A stretch of 64,000 nucleotides of DNA from Candidatus Saccharimonadota bacterium (GCA_024635455.1 JAGXIU010000003.1:133772-197771); one strand, 5' to 3'. Positions 16,643 through 26,300 are shown, numbered from the stretch's first letter. Translations and numbers: made by a program. The notes: generated by a model not told the origin, from the letters alone.

Positions 16643-17889
16643 GCAGGCATAAAAAACTCTTTGCTGTCATTAGGCATGAATACATGACGGTTGTGCAGCA
16701 ACGGTCTTTCTGGCTGAGTATGCTGATCATACCGGCCTTCTTTCTTTTCAGCTTCGGTGTGGGTTATATATCGAGCCTGGAAGACGACATTGATACGACA
16801 GAGGTCACAGAAGGCCTGGACATATCGGTCATTGACAACAGTACTCTTATATCGGCAAACGTTGCCCAAGACGTTGGTGTCGATATCGCAGATGGTCGCA
16901 GTGAGACTGACGCCCAAGACGCTGTTCGGCGCGGAGAGCTCGATGGTTTGATTGTCTACCCACAGGATTATCTTGAGTCAGCGTCCTACCAGGTATACGT
17001 CAACCTTGACGATGAGGATTTGGAAGAAGATATCGAGGACACAACGTCTAGTATTGGCAGTTATCTAATGGTGCAGAGTTTGTTAGAACCTGTCGGATCA
17101 TCAGACGTCATAAACACCGCTCTTTCTGTTAATAGCTCTCAGGCTGAAGTGACCAGTTTTGAAGATGGCGAACAGTCGGCTGGCATCGCTGCCGTGATTG
17201 TTCCGGGGGCTTTTATCCTAATGTTCTATGTTGTATTCTTCCTATCGGTCAGCTATGCCATGACATCAGTATCAGAGGAGAAAGAAAACCGGGCTATAGA
17301 AATGGTACTGAGTTACATCAAGCCGCGCACTTTGATTACGGGTAAGCTGCTCGGTGTTACCTTGGTCGCTCTGACGCAGCTGGTATTCTATGCTCTATTT
17401 GGTCTGGTGGCGTATCTAGTGATGAATAATATCGGTAATGGCGTGAGCTTGCCTATCAACCTGAGTGAGCTGGTATTTGAGTTCCAGCCAATACTATTCG
17501 GTCTGCTGTACTTTGTGCTCGGCTTTGTTCTCTACATCACCTTGATGCTGGCCACTGGCGCGGCCTTCCCGTCAGCGAAAGAGGCCGGTGGCTTCACTAC
17601 GATATTCTATCTGCTGGTATTTATGCCCTACATCGCTTTCGAGCCGATTATCAGTATGCCAGACGCTTTTCTGACGCAGGTCGCCACTTATTTCCCGTTG
17701 ACAGCGGCGCCAACGTTGCTACTCAGAAATGCTGCTGGCAATATAAGTCTTATCGAATCGCTTATTGGTGTGGGTATCCTGGTTGTTTCAATAGTTGTCG
17801 CCGTCTGGCTAGCTGGTAAGCTATTCCGGCTGGGCAATCTCAAGTTCAACTCCCGCGTAAAGCTCACAGAGATCTTTCGCAGCAAGTAG
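16639..17889 (+). CDS. ABC-2 type transporter permease
   Basis: 416 aa with an N-terminal TM helix, an acidic extracytoplasmic domain and then a six-TM bundle. It overlaps the ATPase gene by 4 nt. Confidence 0.7.
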   Translation: MSRHKKLFAVIRHEYMTVVQQRSFWLSMLIIPAFFLFSFGVGYISSLEDDIDTTEVTEGLDISVIDNSTLISANVAQDVGVDIADGRSETDAQDAVRRGELDGLIVYPQDYLESASYQVYVNLDDEDLEEDIEDTTSSIGSYLMVQSLLEPVGSSDVINTALSVNSSQAEVTSFEDGEQSAGIAAVIVPGAFILMFYVVFFLSVSYAMTSVSEEKENRAIEMVLSYIKPRTLITGKLLGVTLVALTQLVFYALFGLVAYLVMNNIGNGVSLPINLSELVFEFQPILFGLLYFVLGFVLYITLMLATGAAFPSAKEAGGFTTIFYLLVFMPYIAFEPIISMPDAFLTQVATYFPLTAAPTLLLRNAAGNISLIESLIGVGILVVSIVVAVWLAGKLFRLGNLKFNSRVKLTEIFRSK

Positions 17890-17904
17890 CCAGACATTAA
17901 ACAT

Positions 17905-17926
17905 GCACAGAGATGTGCGTGTTCAG
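17905..17926. repeat. R4 palindromic element, partial copy C
   Basis: GCACAGAGATGTGCGTGTTCAG shares the GTGCGTGTTCAG arm, followed by TTTTTC. It lies between convergent genes 16639..17889 and 17923..18291. Confidence 0.45.
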
Positions 17927-18252
17927 TTTTTCAATGTATAGACAACTGCGTGACCGGTTTTTCCGACTTGTTTTATTTTTCCCTCACGCTCTAGTTCATT
18001 CATGTAATTAACGACGGATCGGGCTGATACGCCTAGGTGTTGGCGTAGTTCTTCGTTGCCCATGTCACCGTGCTCGGCCAACAGTGCAAGTACCCTGCCC
18101 TTGCGCATATCTTTCTGGCTGCGACGCTCTAGCGCTACGGCACAGACGCCAACAACGTCTTGGGCAGTCTTCTTGGTCTTTTCTCTAGTTGGGGTGTGTA
18201 CGACGTACAGCACGATAATTGCTACTGCGATAGATATGAGTATGTATTCCAT
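17923..18252 (-). CDS. membrane-anchored winged-helix (MarR/ArsR-like) transcriptional regulator
   Basis: The probable start is MEYILISIAVAIIVLYVV (a TM helix). A helix-turn-helix follows: GNEELRQHLGVSARSVVNYMNELEREGKIKQVGK. Confidence 0.5.
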   Translation of the reverse strand: MEYILISIAVAIIVLYVVHTPTREKTKKTAQDVVGVCAVALERRSQKDMRKGRVLALLAEHGDMGNEELRQHLGVSARSVVNYMNELEREGKIKQVGKTGHAVVYTLKN

Positions 18253-18328
18253 ACAGTCATGGTAGCAATCACCCACGCATCGCCAAAACACAGTGATATA
18301 CTAAAAGAGTAGAACAAGGAGGTCAGCT

Positions 18329-18826
18329 ATGAATGTGCTCATCGCAATAGCTAGCAAGCATGGAGCAACTGCTGAGATTGGGGAAATTATCCAAAGAGTA
18401 ATCGCGGCAGATGGCTACCAACCGCACCTCCGCGAAGCTAGTGAGGTTACAGACTTATCACCGTACGATGCTGTTGTGCTCGGAAGCGCTGTGTATGCTG
18501 GAAATTGGCGCGCTTCTGCACGAAAGTTTGTAAACAGACATGGACAAGAACTACGAGCTATGCCCTTTTGGATTTTTTCTAGTGGGCCACTTGGTCCAGA
18601 CCAGCAGACAGAGGATGACATGGGGCCGTTAATCAATAAACGAGTTGCCGAGCTGACGCCTATCGAGCATAAGGTATTTAGCGGCAAGCTTGACCCGGCT
18701 GATTTGAAGCTGTCAGAAAAAATAATTGTCCGAATGGTGAAGGCGCCATCCGGCGACTATCGTGATAAAAATAGCATCGTAGAATGGGCACAATCAATCG
18801 GTAAGTATCTAGTGGATCTAGAGTAG
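18329..18826 (+). CDS. flavodoxin-like fold protein
   Basis: MNVLIAIASKHGATAEIGE... has flavodoxin/HemG-like N-terminal topology, and AVVLGSAVYAGNW looks like an FMN-binding loop. Confidence 0.45.
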   Translation: MNVLIAIASKHGATAEIGEIIQRVIAADGYQPHLREASEVTDLSPYDAVVLGSAVYAGNWRASARKFVNRHGQELRAMPFWIFSSGPLGPDQQTEDDMGPLINKRVAELTPIEHKVFSGKLDPADLKLSEKIIVRMVKAPSGDYRDKNSIVEWAQSIGKYLVDLE

Positions 18827-18831
18827 TCGGC

Positions 18832-19860
18832 GTGGCAGATGCACATATCGACATGCTCGAGCAAGTCCAGGCTATGTTCAATGAGCAAGTCTATTTGGTT
18901 GGCGGCAGCGTACGCGACGTCTTGCTGGGTAAGCAGCCGTCGGACTATGATTTTACCACCACACTGCTGCCCAACGATATCGAGCAAGCGGTCCGGGATG
19001 CTGGGTTAAAGGCGCACACCTCGGGCAAGCGCTTTGGTACAATTGGCTTTCGCCTAAACGGCTATCACATAGAAGTCACGACTTTCCGCACCGAAGAGTA
19101 CGATGGCCGCAGCCGAAAGCCTCAGGTTGAGTTTGTGCGTGACATTACTGCCGATCTGGCTCGGCGTGACTTCACTATTAACGCGATGGCGATACGTGAC
19201 GGCAACCATATTATTGATCCGTTCGGTGGACAGGAAGATATACAGAAGCGTCTGATTCGAGCGGTCAATAAGCCGCACGAGCGTTTTCACGAAGACCCAC
19301 TACGTATGCTCCGAGCCGGACGGTTCTCTGCTCAACTCGGCTTTGCTATTGATCCCGAGACGCAATCGGCCGTATCTAAAAATGCCCTCGAGATATTACG
19401 TATATCGAAGGAGCGTTGGGTGCGTGAACTCGATCTTATCCTGATGAGCCCGTCACCAGCGATAGGTATGCGCTACACTGCTGATACCCGATTATTGCAC
19501 TACATGATGCCCGAGCTGGCCATCCAAATTGGTTTTGACCAAGACAGTCCGTATCACGAGCTAGACTTATGGGAGCACAGTCTTAAGACACTCGATTTAT
19601 CACCTGCCACCATCGAATCTCGCTGGGCTGCCCTGCTTCATGATGTCGGCAAACCGTACGTGCGCACCGTTAACAAACATGGCTACAGCAACTACGTTGA
19701 TCATGAGTTTGTCGGGGCAGAGCTCGTCTGGAAGATTGGCAAATACTTGCGCTGGGGTAATAAGCGGCTCGAGCACGTGGTTGAGCTTGTTCGTGAGCAC
19801 CTTTCAGATGACGATAGTCCTATTGGCGAGGCTGACTCGGCCGGAAGGTACGAGGATTAG
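18832..19860 (+). CDS. cca: tRNA nucleotidyltransferase (CCA-adding enzyme / poly(A) polymerase family) with HD domain
   Basis: Head-domain motifs GGSVRD and RRDFTINA are present, and the HD motif LLHDVGKP lies in the C-terminal half. Confidence 0.8.
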   Translation: MADAHIDMLEQVQAMFNEQVYLVGGSVRDVLLGKQPSDYDFTTTLLPNDIEQAVRDAGLKAHTSGKRFGTIGFRLNGYHIEVTTFRTEEYDGRSRKPQVEFVRDITADLARRDFTINAMAIRDGNHIIDPFGGQEDIQKRLIRAVNKPHERFHEDPLRMLRAGRFSAQLGFAIDPETQSAVSKNALEILRISKERWVRELDLILMSPSPAIGMRYTADTRLLHYMMPELAIQIGFDQDSPYHELDLWEHSLKTLDLSPATIESRWAALLHDVGKPYVRTVNKHGYSNYVDHEFVGAELVWKIGKYLRWGNKRLEHVVELVREHLSDDDSPIGEADSAGRYED

Positions 19861-20146
19861 GGTTAGGGCTTGGGAATTAGAAACCAGGAACCCGGGTTTG
19901 TTCTTTTGCTCTGCAAAAGCACAACATACTTTTGTCTCCAGCTACAAAAGTATGCAAAAAAGCCGCAGGCAAGCATCAAAACAGTGATTGCCCCTCATAC
20001 CACCAGTCTGTCGCGCCGAAACAACTCCCTGCGGTCGGTCTTTTTTCATGTCTCCTAAGGATTAAAAAAGACGAAGGGTTTCGTCTTGATTCGCCAGACA
20101 GCTGATGAGGGGCATCAGTTTTGCTGAGCCTGATTGAACCAAAAAA

Positions 20147-20162
20147 TGAACACGCAAGTCGA
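20147..20162. repeat. R4 palindromic element, partial copy D
   Basis: TGAACACGCAAGTCGA is one arm plus the centre of the element, ~300 bp upstream of 20446. Confidence 0.4.
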
Positions 20163-20445
20163 TATTGTGTTTACATTTTCTAATTTCCCCTACTCCATAA
20201 ATCCAGAAAAATCTGAAACACATGAATATGTTTCATATGGCTTTGGTGAGTGTGGCGATGATAGCTTTATCCAGTCAGTCGAAACAACTCGACGAATCTC
20301 ACTTAGTACTCAACTGCCAAGTGGCGATATGTACTGTGTCGATAGTAGTTAGTAATTAGAATCCGAAACTAAATATTCTCTTGCCTTTCTTTTTGTCCAG
20401 CGACAGCAAGAAACAATACAGTTCTGCTATGCTAGAATTCTAAGC

Positions 20446-20931
20446 ATGAGTACAAAAAATGAAACGTTTGCACGAAACCTAGTAAAAGGCAAAATTGCTG
20501 AAACAGTATTTGCGCAAATGCTTCGTGAAGTTGGCGGATTCACCGTATTAGAGTTTGGCTACGAAAAAGTTATACCTGAACTATTTAATAGAAACCTAGA
20601 AAACAAAGATGTTAAGGCTATTCGAGATATTATTCGGCATGCGCCTGATTTCGCCGTAATTAACACTCAAAAAAGATCTGTCCACCTTATAGAGGTAAAA
20701 TATCAAAAAAGACTTTCAAGAGAATATGCGCTCGAGGATGCTAAGAGAATGCATGTGTCTTGGAACCCATCATACCTATTCATCGCCACATTAGATGGAT
20801 TTTATTTTGATGAAATAACCAAGGTTATCGAAAGCAACGGGAGAATAAGTCCGTTAAACCACCCACAAATACCTTTTGAAGTTCAAGAAAGATACCTCAA
20901 AATTCTTCATGACTTTGAGGGCAGAAACTAA
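20446..20931 (+). CDS. YraN/UPF0102-like PD-(D/E)xK endonuclease-fold protein
   Basis: GKIAETVFAQMLREVGGFTVLEFGYEKV ... APDFAVIN ... HLIEVKYQKR follows the E / GG-x-v / PD / (I/V)EVK-x-(K/R) pattern of YraN and Hjc-type nucleases. Confidence 0.45.
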   Translation: MSTKNETFARNLVKGKIAETVFAQMLREVGGFTVLEFGYEKVIPELFNRNLENKDVKAIRDIIRHAPDFAVINTQKRSVHLIEVKYQKRLSREYALEDAKRMHVSWNPSYLFIATLDGFYFDEITKVIESNGRISPLNHPQIPFEVQERYLKILHDFEGRN

Positions 20932-21138
20932 CTACGTAGCAATATCCGTCTACTTGCGGATAGGACCAAAAAGCGCCCACGTAACTGGCTCGTCGCCCAA
21001 CCAACAATCAGTCGAGGCAAAACTTGGCTAGACCAGCAAGATTAATCAAAACTAGCTTGACTTATTTTTAGAAAAATTATTTCGTTTGTAAGAAATCTTA
21101 GAATTGTATTATAATCTTATGATAATGAGCGCACTCAG

Positions 21139-21999
21139 GTGAATGGAATAATATTTGGAACATTACTCGTATGCTGGCTAGCAGTATTATTCCTATGGGT
21201 AGTTGCATTAATTAAACCCAAGCACAAACTATTCAATAAACTTAAACCACGATTTAACGGTCGGTCGGGCTTGTCGAAACTTTTTCTCGCCCTTTTTATT
21301 GGCTTTTTTATCTTGATAGCATTCGTAGCGCCTCCAATTGAAGCCGAGCTAAAGAATCTTAATTTAGAAGCTGATCAAGAAGTGATTACAGAACAATACA
21401 CTGTTGAGGGTGAAATTACTGGCAATAACGTAAAACTCATGATAAATGATGAGGATATCAATCTAGACGATAAAACTTTTGCTAAGACCCTAGACTTGCA
21501 ACCCGGTGATAACGAAATAAAGGTATTGCTGACCGGAAGAGACGTAGAAGGTAATGAGGTAGAAGTATACAATCAGTCACATAATATCTATTTCGATTAC
21601 GAGGGGATGCTTTACTCTCTAGAGCTAGAGAAGGACAAACAAGCTGAAGAAGAGCTACAAAGGAAGTTAGCAGAAGTTCCACAATACGAGGTAGTACGCA
21701 AATCTGATATAGAAAATGGGTTCTCGGCAATAGTCTACGTTGAGGGCGATATGCAGGACTACCAACTATCTAACGTAGCAAAAGACCTTGATGATAATAA
21801 TTGGGACATACAAAACATCTCTACGCTTATATTCAGCAAAAAGGATAAAAGTGAAGTTGAGGCGGTGCTCGAAGAGAGTGAGCCCGCTGAATTACTGAAA
21901 TACGTTCGCGCAAACTTTGAGAAGCGAGACACGCACAAACAATTATTCTGGTTTCCTGACGGAACAGATGGTGAAAAGCTAGCATTGGAGGTTCTATGA
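21139..21999 (+). CDS. membrane-anchored hypothetical protein, translationally coupled to SNase gene
   Basis: Two N-terminal TM helices are followed by a 220-aa acidic extracytoplasmic domain. Its stop overlaps the start of the next gene (ATGA at 21996). Confidence 0.5.
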   Translation: MNGIIFGTLLVCWLAVLFLWVVALIKPKHKLFNKLKPRFNGRSGLSKLFLALFIGFFILIAFVAPPIEAELKNLNLEADQEVITEQYTVEGEITGNNVKLMINDEDINLDDKTFAKTLDLQPGDNEIKVLLTGRDVEGNEVEVYNQSHNIYFDYEGMLYSLELEKDKQAEEELQRKLAEVPQYEVVRKSDIENGFSAIVYVEGDMQDYQLSNVAKDLDDNNWDIQNISTLIFSKKDKSEVEAVLEESEPAELLKYVRANFEKRDTHKQLFWFPDGTDGEKLALEVL

Positions 22000-22877
22000 G
22001 AAAACCGTTATTGTATGTATTTCTACTGCTTGCTTTTGTTGTAATTCCAATTCAGCAGACTGCTGCACATCCTGGTCGAACCGATTCGAGCGGCGGCCAT
22101 AACTGTCGGACAAACTGTGAAAGTTGGGGCTATGAGTACGGATATCACGACCATAATGGTGGAAGCTCGAGCACCACTACAAGTCCATCACCGTCACCTT
22201 CTCCTTCTCCCGCTCCGGCACCTGCCCCTGCTCCTCGTCCAGCACCTGCACCGCAGCCGACACCTACCCCAGTACCAGAGCCAAAAAAAGCAATCGAAAC
22301 AATCAATGGTCTATTAGCTGATAAGCCGTCTAATATTCTTTGGGTAGATTTGATCTTAAAAGAAACGGCTAGAACTAGCACGCCGACTGAGTACAAGACA
22401 ATAAATTCCGTAAAAGTCGCAACAAGTAGAATTACTGGTGCAACCCAAGCGCATAAAGTCGAAAATAATCAAAAATTCTACTACGTTAGTTCAGTAACAG
22501 ACGGCGACACGATTAAAGTAGTCGTTGACGGACGGATTGAAAGAGTACGGCTACTCGGAATAGATACTCCCGAAACAAAAGACCCACGAAAGCCAGTACA
22601 ATGCTTTGGTGTAGAGGCTAGCAATTATACCAAGTCTTTAGTTGATAAAAAATATGTCAGGCTAGAAATTGATAAATCCCAGGGTGATAGAGATCGCTAC
22701 GATAGGCTGTTGAGATACGTTTATTTGCAAGACGGTACAGAAGTAAATGCAGAATTAGTGAAGCAGGGTTACGCAGTAGCATATCTTCGTTATCCGGTGG
22801 CGCAAACCGAAAACTACAAAGAGCTACAATCAAATGCAGAAGAGAGCGGTCTTGGTCTCTGGGGTGCGTGTAGATGA
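21996..22877 (+). CDS. secreted staphylococcal-nuclease (SNase/thermonuclease) homolog 1
   Basis: It has a signal peptide, a His/Cys-rich segment HPGRTDSSGGHNCRTNCESWGYEYGYHDH, a Pro/Ala linker, and an SNase core DGDTIKV...VRLLGIDTPE...DRYDRLLRYVY. Confidence 0.8.
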   Translation: MRKPLLYVFLLLAFVVIPIQQTAAHPGRTDSSGGHNCRTNCESWGYEYGYHDHNGGSSSTTTSPSPSPSPSPAPAPAPAPRPAPAPQPTPTPVPEPKKAIETINGLLADKPSNILWVDLILKETARTSTPTEYKTINSVKVATSRITGATQAHKVENNQKFYYVSSVTDGDTIKVVVDGRIERVRLLGIDTPETKDPRKPVQCFGVEASNYTKSLVDKKYVRLEIDKSQGDRDRYDRLLRYVYLQDGTEVNAELVKQGYAVAYLRYPVAQTENYKELQSNAEESGLGLWGACR

Positions 22878-23093
22878 GCTTAGTCCTGCGATATAATTAG
22901 AAGGTAATAAGGAGGTGGTTAGTGTCGTTGTTTGACAAAGTGAAAGATGCTAGCCAGTAGCTAATCTAGCTGCACCGCAAAAAGGAGCACGATCTTCAGG
23001 CTGCAGCCACTTCTTAGGTGTTGAGTATCCTGCTCCTGCTTATCAATATGCTACTGATGAAGCATGATTTGTAGGTGGTATAATCTGGGGTAG

Positions 23094-23996
23094 ATGAAAC
23101 AGTTTTTGTTGCGGAATGCGTCGCTGGTTGTTTTTGTTATATTTTTGTTGATGATTGGTTTTTGGTTGGTTAGTGACGATATAGATACTAGCAATAGCCA
23201 GACTGAGCAGCGGATTGAGGGAACATACGCAGTAACGAGGGTTTATGACGGCGACACCATTGCTGTTGATGTAGATGGTCAGACAGAGACAATTCGGCTA
23301 ATTGGTATTGATGCAGCAGAAATTCAAAGTCCTTATAGCGAGGCGGAGTGTTTTGGCAACGAATCGCGTGAGTACGCCCGTTCCCTGCTAGCTGACAAAG
23401 TAGTTCGGTTAGAGGCTGATGAGAGTCAGGACAATCGTGATGATTACGACCGCCTGCTGCGCTACGTCTATCTTGACGACACTAACATTAACTACCAGTT
23501 GGTGCTGGAAGGTTACGCTCACGAGTACACCTACCGCGATGAATATAGTAATCAGGCTATGTTCCGAGCTGCTGAACAACAAGCCCAGCAGCAACAAAAT
23601 GGCCTCTGGGCAGACGGCGCTTGCAGTGACTTCGCGCCTGAACCAAGCCAGGTAGATGATGATCAATTGAACGCACAAGACTCTGGAAACTGGCAGAGCA
23701 GCATACCCGATGGCTGCGTTAGCTATGTGGACGCTGAGCGCCACATTGGTCAGCAAACCTGCGTAACTGGGCCAGTCGACCACGTATTTGTCTCCGCCAC
23801 TGACACCACGTTCGTGAACTACTGCAGCGACTATCGCAGCTGCCCGTTTTCGGTTGTGCTATTTAGCGATGATAAAGCCGACTTCCCTGCTATGGCTCAG
23901 TACGAGGGGAGCGTTATTACCATTTTTGGTGAGATTAGAACCTACGAAGGTCGCCCACAAATAATCCTCGAAAACCCATCCCAACTCCGCCAATAA
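23094..23996 (+). CDS. secreted SNase/thermonuclease homolog 2 with Cys-containing C-terminal domain
   Basis: It has an N-terminal anchor and an SNase core DGDTIAV...IRLIGIDAAE...DDYDRLLRYVY. An extra ~120-aa C-terminal domain carries 6 Cys. An extended -10 box TGGTATAAT lies at ~23078. Confidence 0.8.
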   Translation: MKQFLLRNASLVVFVIFLLMIGFWLVSDDIDTSNSQTEQRIEGTYAVTRVYDGDTIAVDVDGQTETIRLIGIDAAEIQSPYSEAECFGNESREYARSLLADKVVRLEADESQDNRDDYDRLLRYVYLDDTNINYQLVLEGYAHEYTYRDEYSNQAMFRAAEQQAQQQQNGLWADGACSDFAPEPSQVDDDQLNAQDSGNWQSSIPDGCVSYVDAERHIGQQTCVTGPVDHVFVSATDTTFVNYCSDYRSCPFSVVLFSDDKADFPAMAQYEGSVITIFGEIRTYEGRPQIILENPSQLRQ

Positions 23997-24021
23997 TTTT
24001 CTAAATAGATTTAGACCCAAG

Positions 24022-24063
24022 ATCAACAGATGTCTGAACACGCAAGTCGACTTGCGTGTTCAC
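24022..24063. repeat. R4 palindromic element, copy B
   Basis: ATCAACAGATGTCTGAACACGCAAGTCGACTTGCGTGTTCAC is the same element as 15790..15831 with a GTCGAC centre. Confidence 0.75.
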
Positions 24064-24123
24064 GGTTCTTACGTAGGCAACAGCCCTTCCCGCTACCTAT
24101 ATAAGCTACAAAAAGAGGATACA

Positions 24124-24149
24124 AAAAATGTCCGGCCGGACATTTTTAT
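24124..24149. terminator. bidirectional terminator hairpin
   Basis: AAAAATGTCCGGCCGGACATTTTT is a perfect palindrome flanked by A- and T-runs. Confidence 0.55.
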
Positions 24150-24322
24150 GGTACTCGCTATTTTTTATTTGCCGTGAGCAAGCCATTTGTTCTCATGACT
24201 AGCAGTCGGCACAAAGCTCTTTATTAAAACTCGCAACTGTAGCCAAAAGTAGTCGACCGAGCTATGCAATTACTTTTTAGGCCTTAAGAGGTTTGATTGC
24301 AATGACCTACTAGGGCAGTTAA

Positions 24323-24619
24323 GTGTTAGAATTAATAATAATGAAACAGAAGATTCGAGATTTTTTCACTGATGGCGATGATAAATTGGTAGTTGGTCAA
24401 TGGCCGAACGCGCCGCTGATTATTTGGGTTGGTGCTGCCCTGCTCAACCGATTTGTCAGCAACTCAGGGTTGTCCAGCGCTTTGACGTTTTTGGCATTTG
24501 CTAGTGGCGGCTACTGGGCAACGCTTGAGCTTGTGCACGGCGATAGCCCGTTTCGGCGAACTCTTGGTGCTATCGTGTTGGGCGTATTGGCATACGGGCT
24601 GATACGTCAGTTGCTGTAG
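24323..24619 (+). CDS. small membrane protein
   Basis: 98 aa with 2-3 TM helices. Confidence 0.35.
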   Translation: MLELIIMKQKIRDFFTDGDDKLVVGQWPNAPLIIWVGAALLNRFVSNSGLSSALTFLAFASGGYWATLELVHGDSPFRRTLGAIVLGVLAYGLIRQLL

Positions 24620-24694
24620 TCTGATATTTCTACCCTCGCGATGCAAACGTTATATTTGTTATGATAAACCCGTAAATAGAAAAGAAGCGCACCT

Positions 24695-26284
24695 ATGGAC
24701 TTTTTTATTGCTCTGGCGCCAATTCTCGTTCTCATAACGAGTATTGCTGGCTTTCGCAAAAGTGTGGTGTTTTCTGCCGGACTAGCGCTTAGCACCATAG
24801 TTTTTATTGCACTGCTCTGGGGTAATCCCTTGACGACCGTAGCGAGTGCAGGACTGCGCGGAATATTTGTGGCCACTGAGATAATTGTCATTGTCTTTAG
24901 CGCTCTGCTGATTGTTGAGATTATCAAGCGGCAGCACTTATTTGAGCCGCTTAGGGAGATGATTCTCTCGATAAGTAACGACTACCGAGTACACACCATA
25001 CTGGTCGGTTTTGCGCTGGTCTATTTCATTGAGGGCGTTGCTGGGTTTGGCACTCCGGCGATTGTTGCGGTGCCGATACTGATGGCGCTAGGCTTTAAGC
25101 CGCTACATGCCGTGGTTCTATCGCTGATTGGAGATACGATACCGGTGAGCTTTGGTGCGGTTGGTCTACCTGTTACATACGGTGTTGGATCCGTGGTCGA
25201 GGTGTTAGCTGAAGATGGGGCGGAAATCACCAATGCCGTGATTCATCAGGTGGCTGCCTTGAATGTCATCGCCTCGGTTTTGCTGGCACTGCTGCTGGTC
25301 GGCACGTCGGTGTATATAAAGAAAGGTAACAAGCAGGAGTTTCTCGCCTACGTGCCGTTTGCGGTGCTGAGTGGTCTGATTGTCTCGGGCATTGCCTACG
25401 TAACGGCGCTGGTGGTGGGGCCGGAGCTGCCGTCAATCCTCGGCGGTCTGCTCGGAGTTTTCATCATTGCCTATATTGCGAAACGACGCTGGCTGCTACC
25501 AAAACGGGTTATCGCACTCGAAGCTACGGAAAGCCCCGTGGAGTCAACCGAGAGGCCACCTAAGAGTGAACACGTGCTTATTCGGGCACTGTACCCATAT
25601 GTTCTACTAATTATGCTCTTGCTGCTGACGCGGCTGCCGTATTTGCCGCTGGGTGAGGCACTGCGGTCAATCTCAATTGAGAGTAGCGGACTGCTGGGGG
25701 CTGGTGTGGCGTATGTCTTTCAGCCGTTCTATTCTGCCTCGACAATTCTGCTTATTACGGCCGTGATAACACTGGCTATTGCCCGCAAGCACATCGGTAA
25801 ACCGACGCGACTGCTTGGTACAGTTGTGCAAAAAGTCACCCGTCCGTATCTGGCGCTGTTGTTGGTACTGATGTTCGTACAAATTTTTATCTACTCAGTT
25901 GATATAGATAGTGGTCTGTCAATGCCGGCAATCATTGCCCAGAGTATCAGTCAACTAACAGGTTCTCTATGGCCGTTTTTTGCGCCATTTATCGGTGCGC
26001 TCGGCTCATTCCTGGCGGGTAGCGCTACCGTATCAAACCTGGTGTTTGCCGGGCTGCAATATGATGTTGCTGTCTCGTTGTCGATGCCACCGTCTACGCT
26101 GCTGTCTATCCAGACAATTGGCGCGTCGGCGGGTAATATGATTGCCCTGCACAATATTGTGGCTGCTTTGACAATTGCTGGTATTAGCGAGGCGCAGACC
26201 TATAAGATACTGAAGATAAATATGTACCCCGTACTGTTGCTGGTAACAGCAGTTGGCTTGATTGGTTTGCTTATAACCCGTTAG
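24695..26284 (+). CDS. L-lactate permease (LctP family)
   Basis: 529 aa with about 13 TM helices. YFIEGVAGFGTPAIVAVPILMALGF is characteristic of LctP/GlcA. Confidence 0.8.
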   Translation: MDFFIALAPILVLITSIAGFRKSVVFSAGLALSTIVFIALLWGNPLTTVASAGLRGIFVATEIIVIVFSALLIVEIIKRQHLFEPLREMILSISNDYRVHTILVGFALVYFIEGVAGFGTPAIVAVPILMALGFKPLHAVVLSLIGDTIPVSFGAVGLPVTYGVGSVVEVLAEDGAEITNAVIHQVAALNVIASVLLALLLVGTSVYIKKGNKQEFLAYVPFAVLSGLIVSGIAYVTALVVGPELPSILGGLLGVFIIAYIAKRRWLLPKRVIALEATESPVESTERPPKSEHVLIRALYPYVLLIMLLLLTRLPYLPLGEALRSISIESSGLLGAGVAYVFQPFYSASTILLITAVITLAIARKHIGKPTRLLGTVVQKVTRPYLALLLVLMFVQIFIYSVDIDSGLSMPAIIAQSISQLTGSLWPFFAPFIGALGSFLAGSATVSNLVFAGLQYDVAVSLSMPPSTLLSIQTIGASAGNMIALHNIVAALTIAGISEAQTYKILKINMYPVLLLVTAVGLIGLLITR

Positions 26285-26300
26285 GGGTGGAGCGCGGTTA

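Noticed and set aside
22150-22290. Short-period nucleotide repeat (CCTGCACC / CCAGCACC units)
   Set aside because: It is the coding sequence of a (PA)n/(SP)n interdomain linker. It has no spacer-repeat structure, so it is not a CRISPR array.
22117-22396. ORFs overlapping the Pro/Ala linker of SNase 1 (His/Leu-rich plus strand; Gly/Ala-rich minus strand)
   Set aside because: Generated by the repetitive CCn/GCn linker codons in alternate frames. The SNase frame is the real one.
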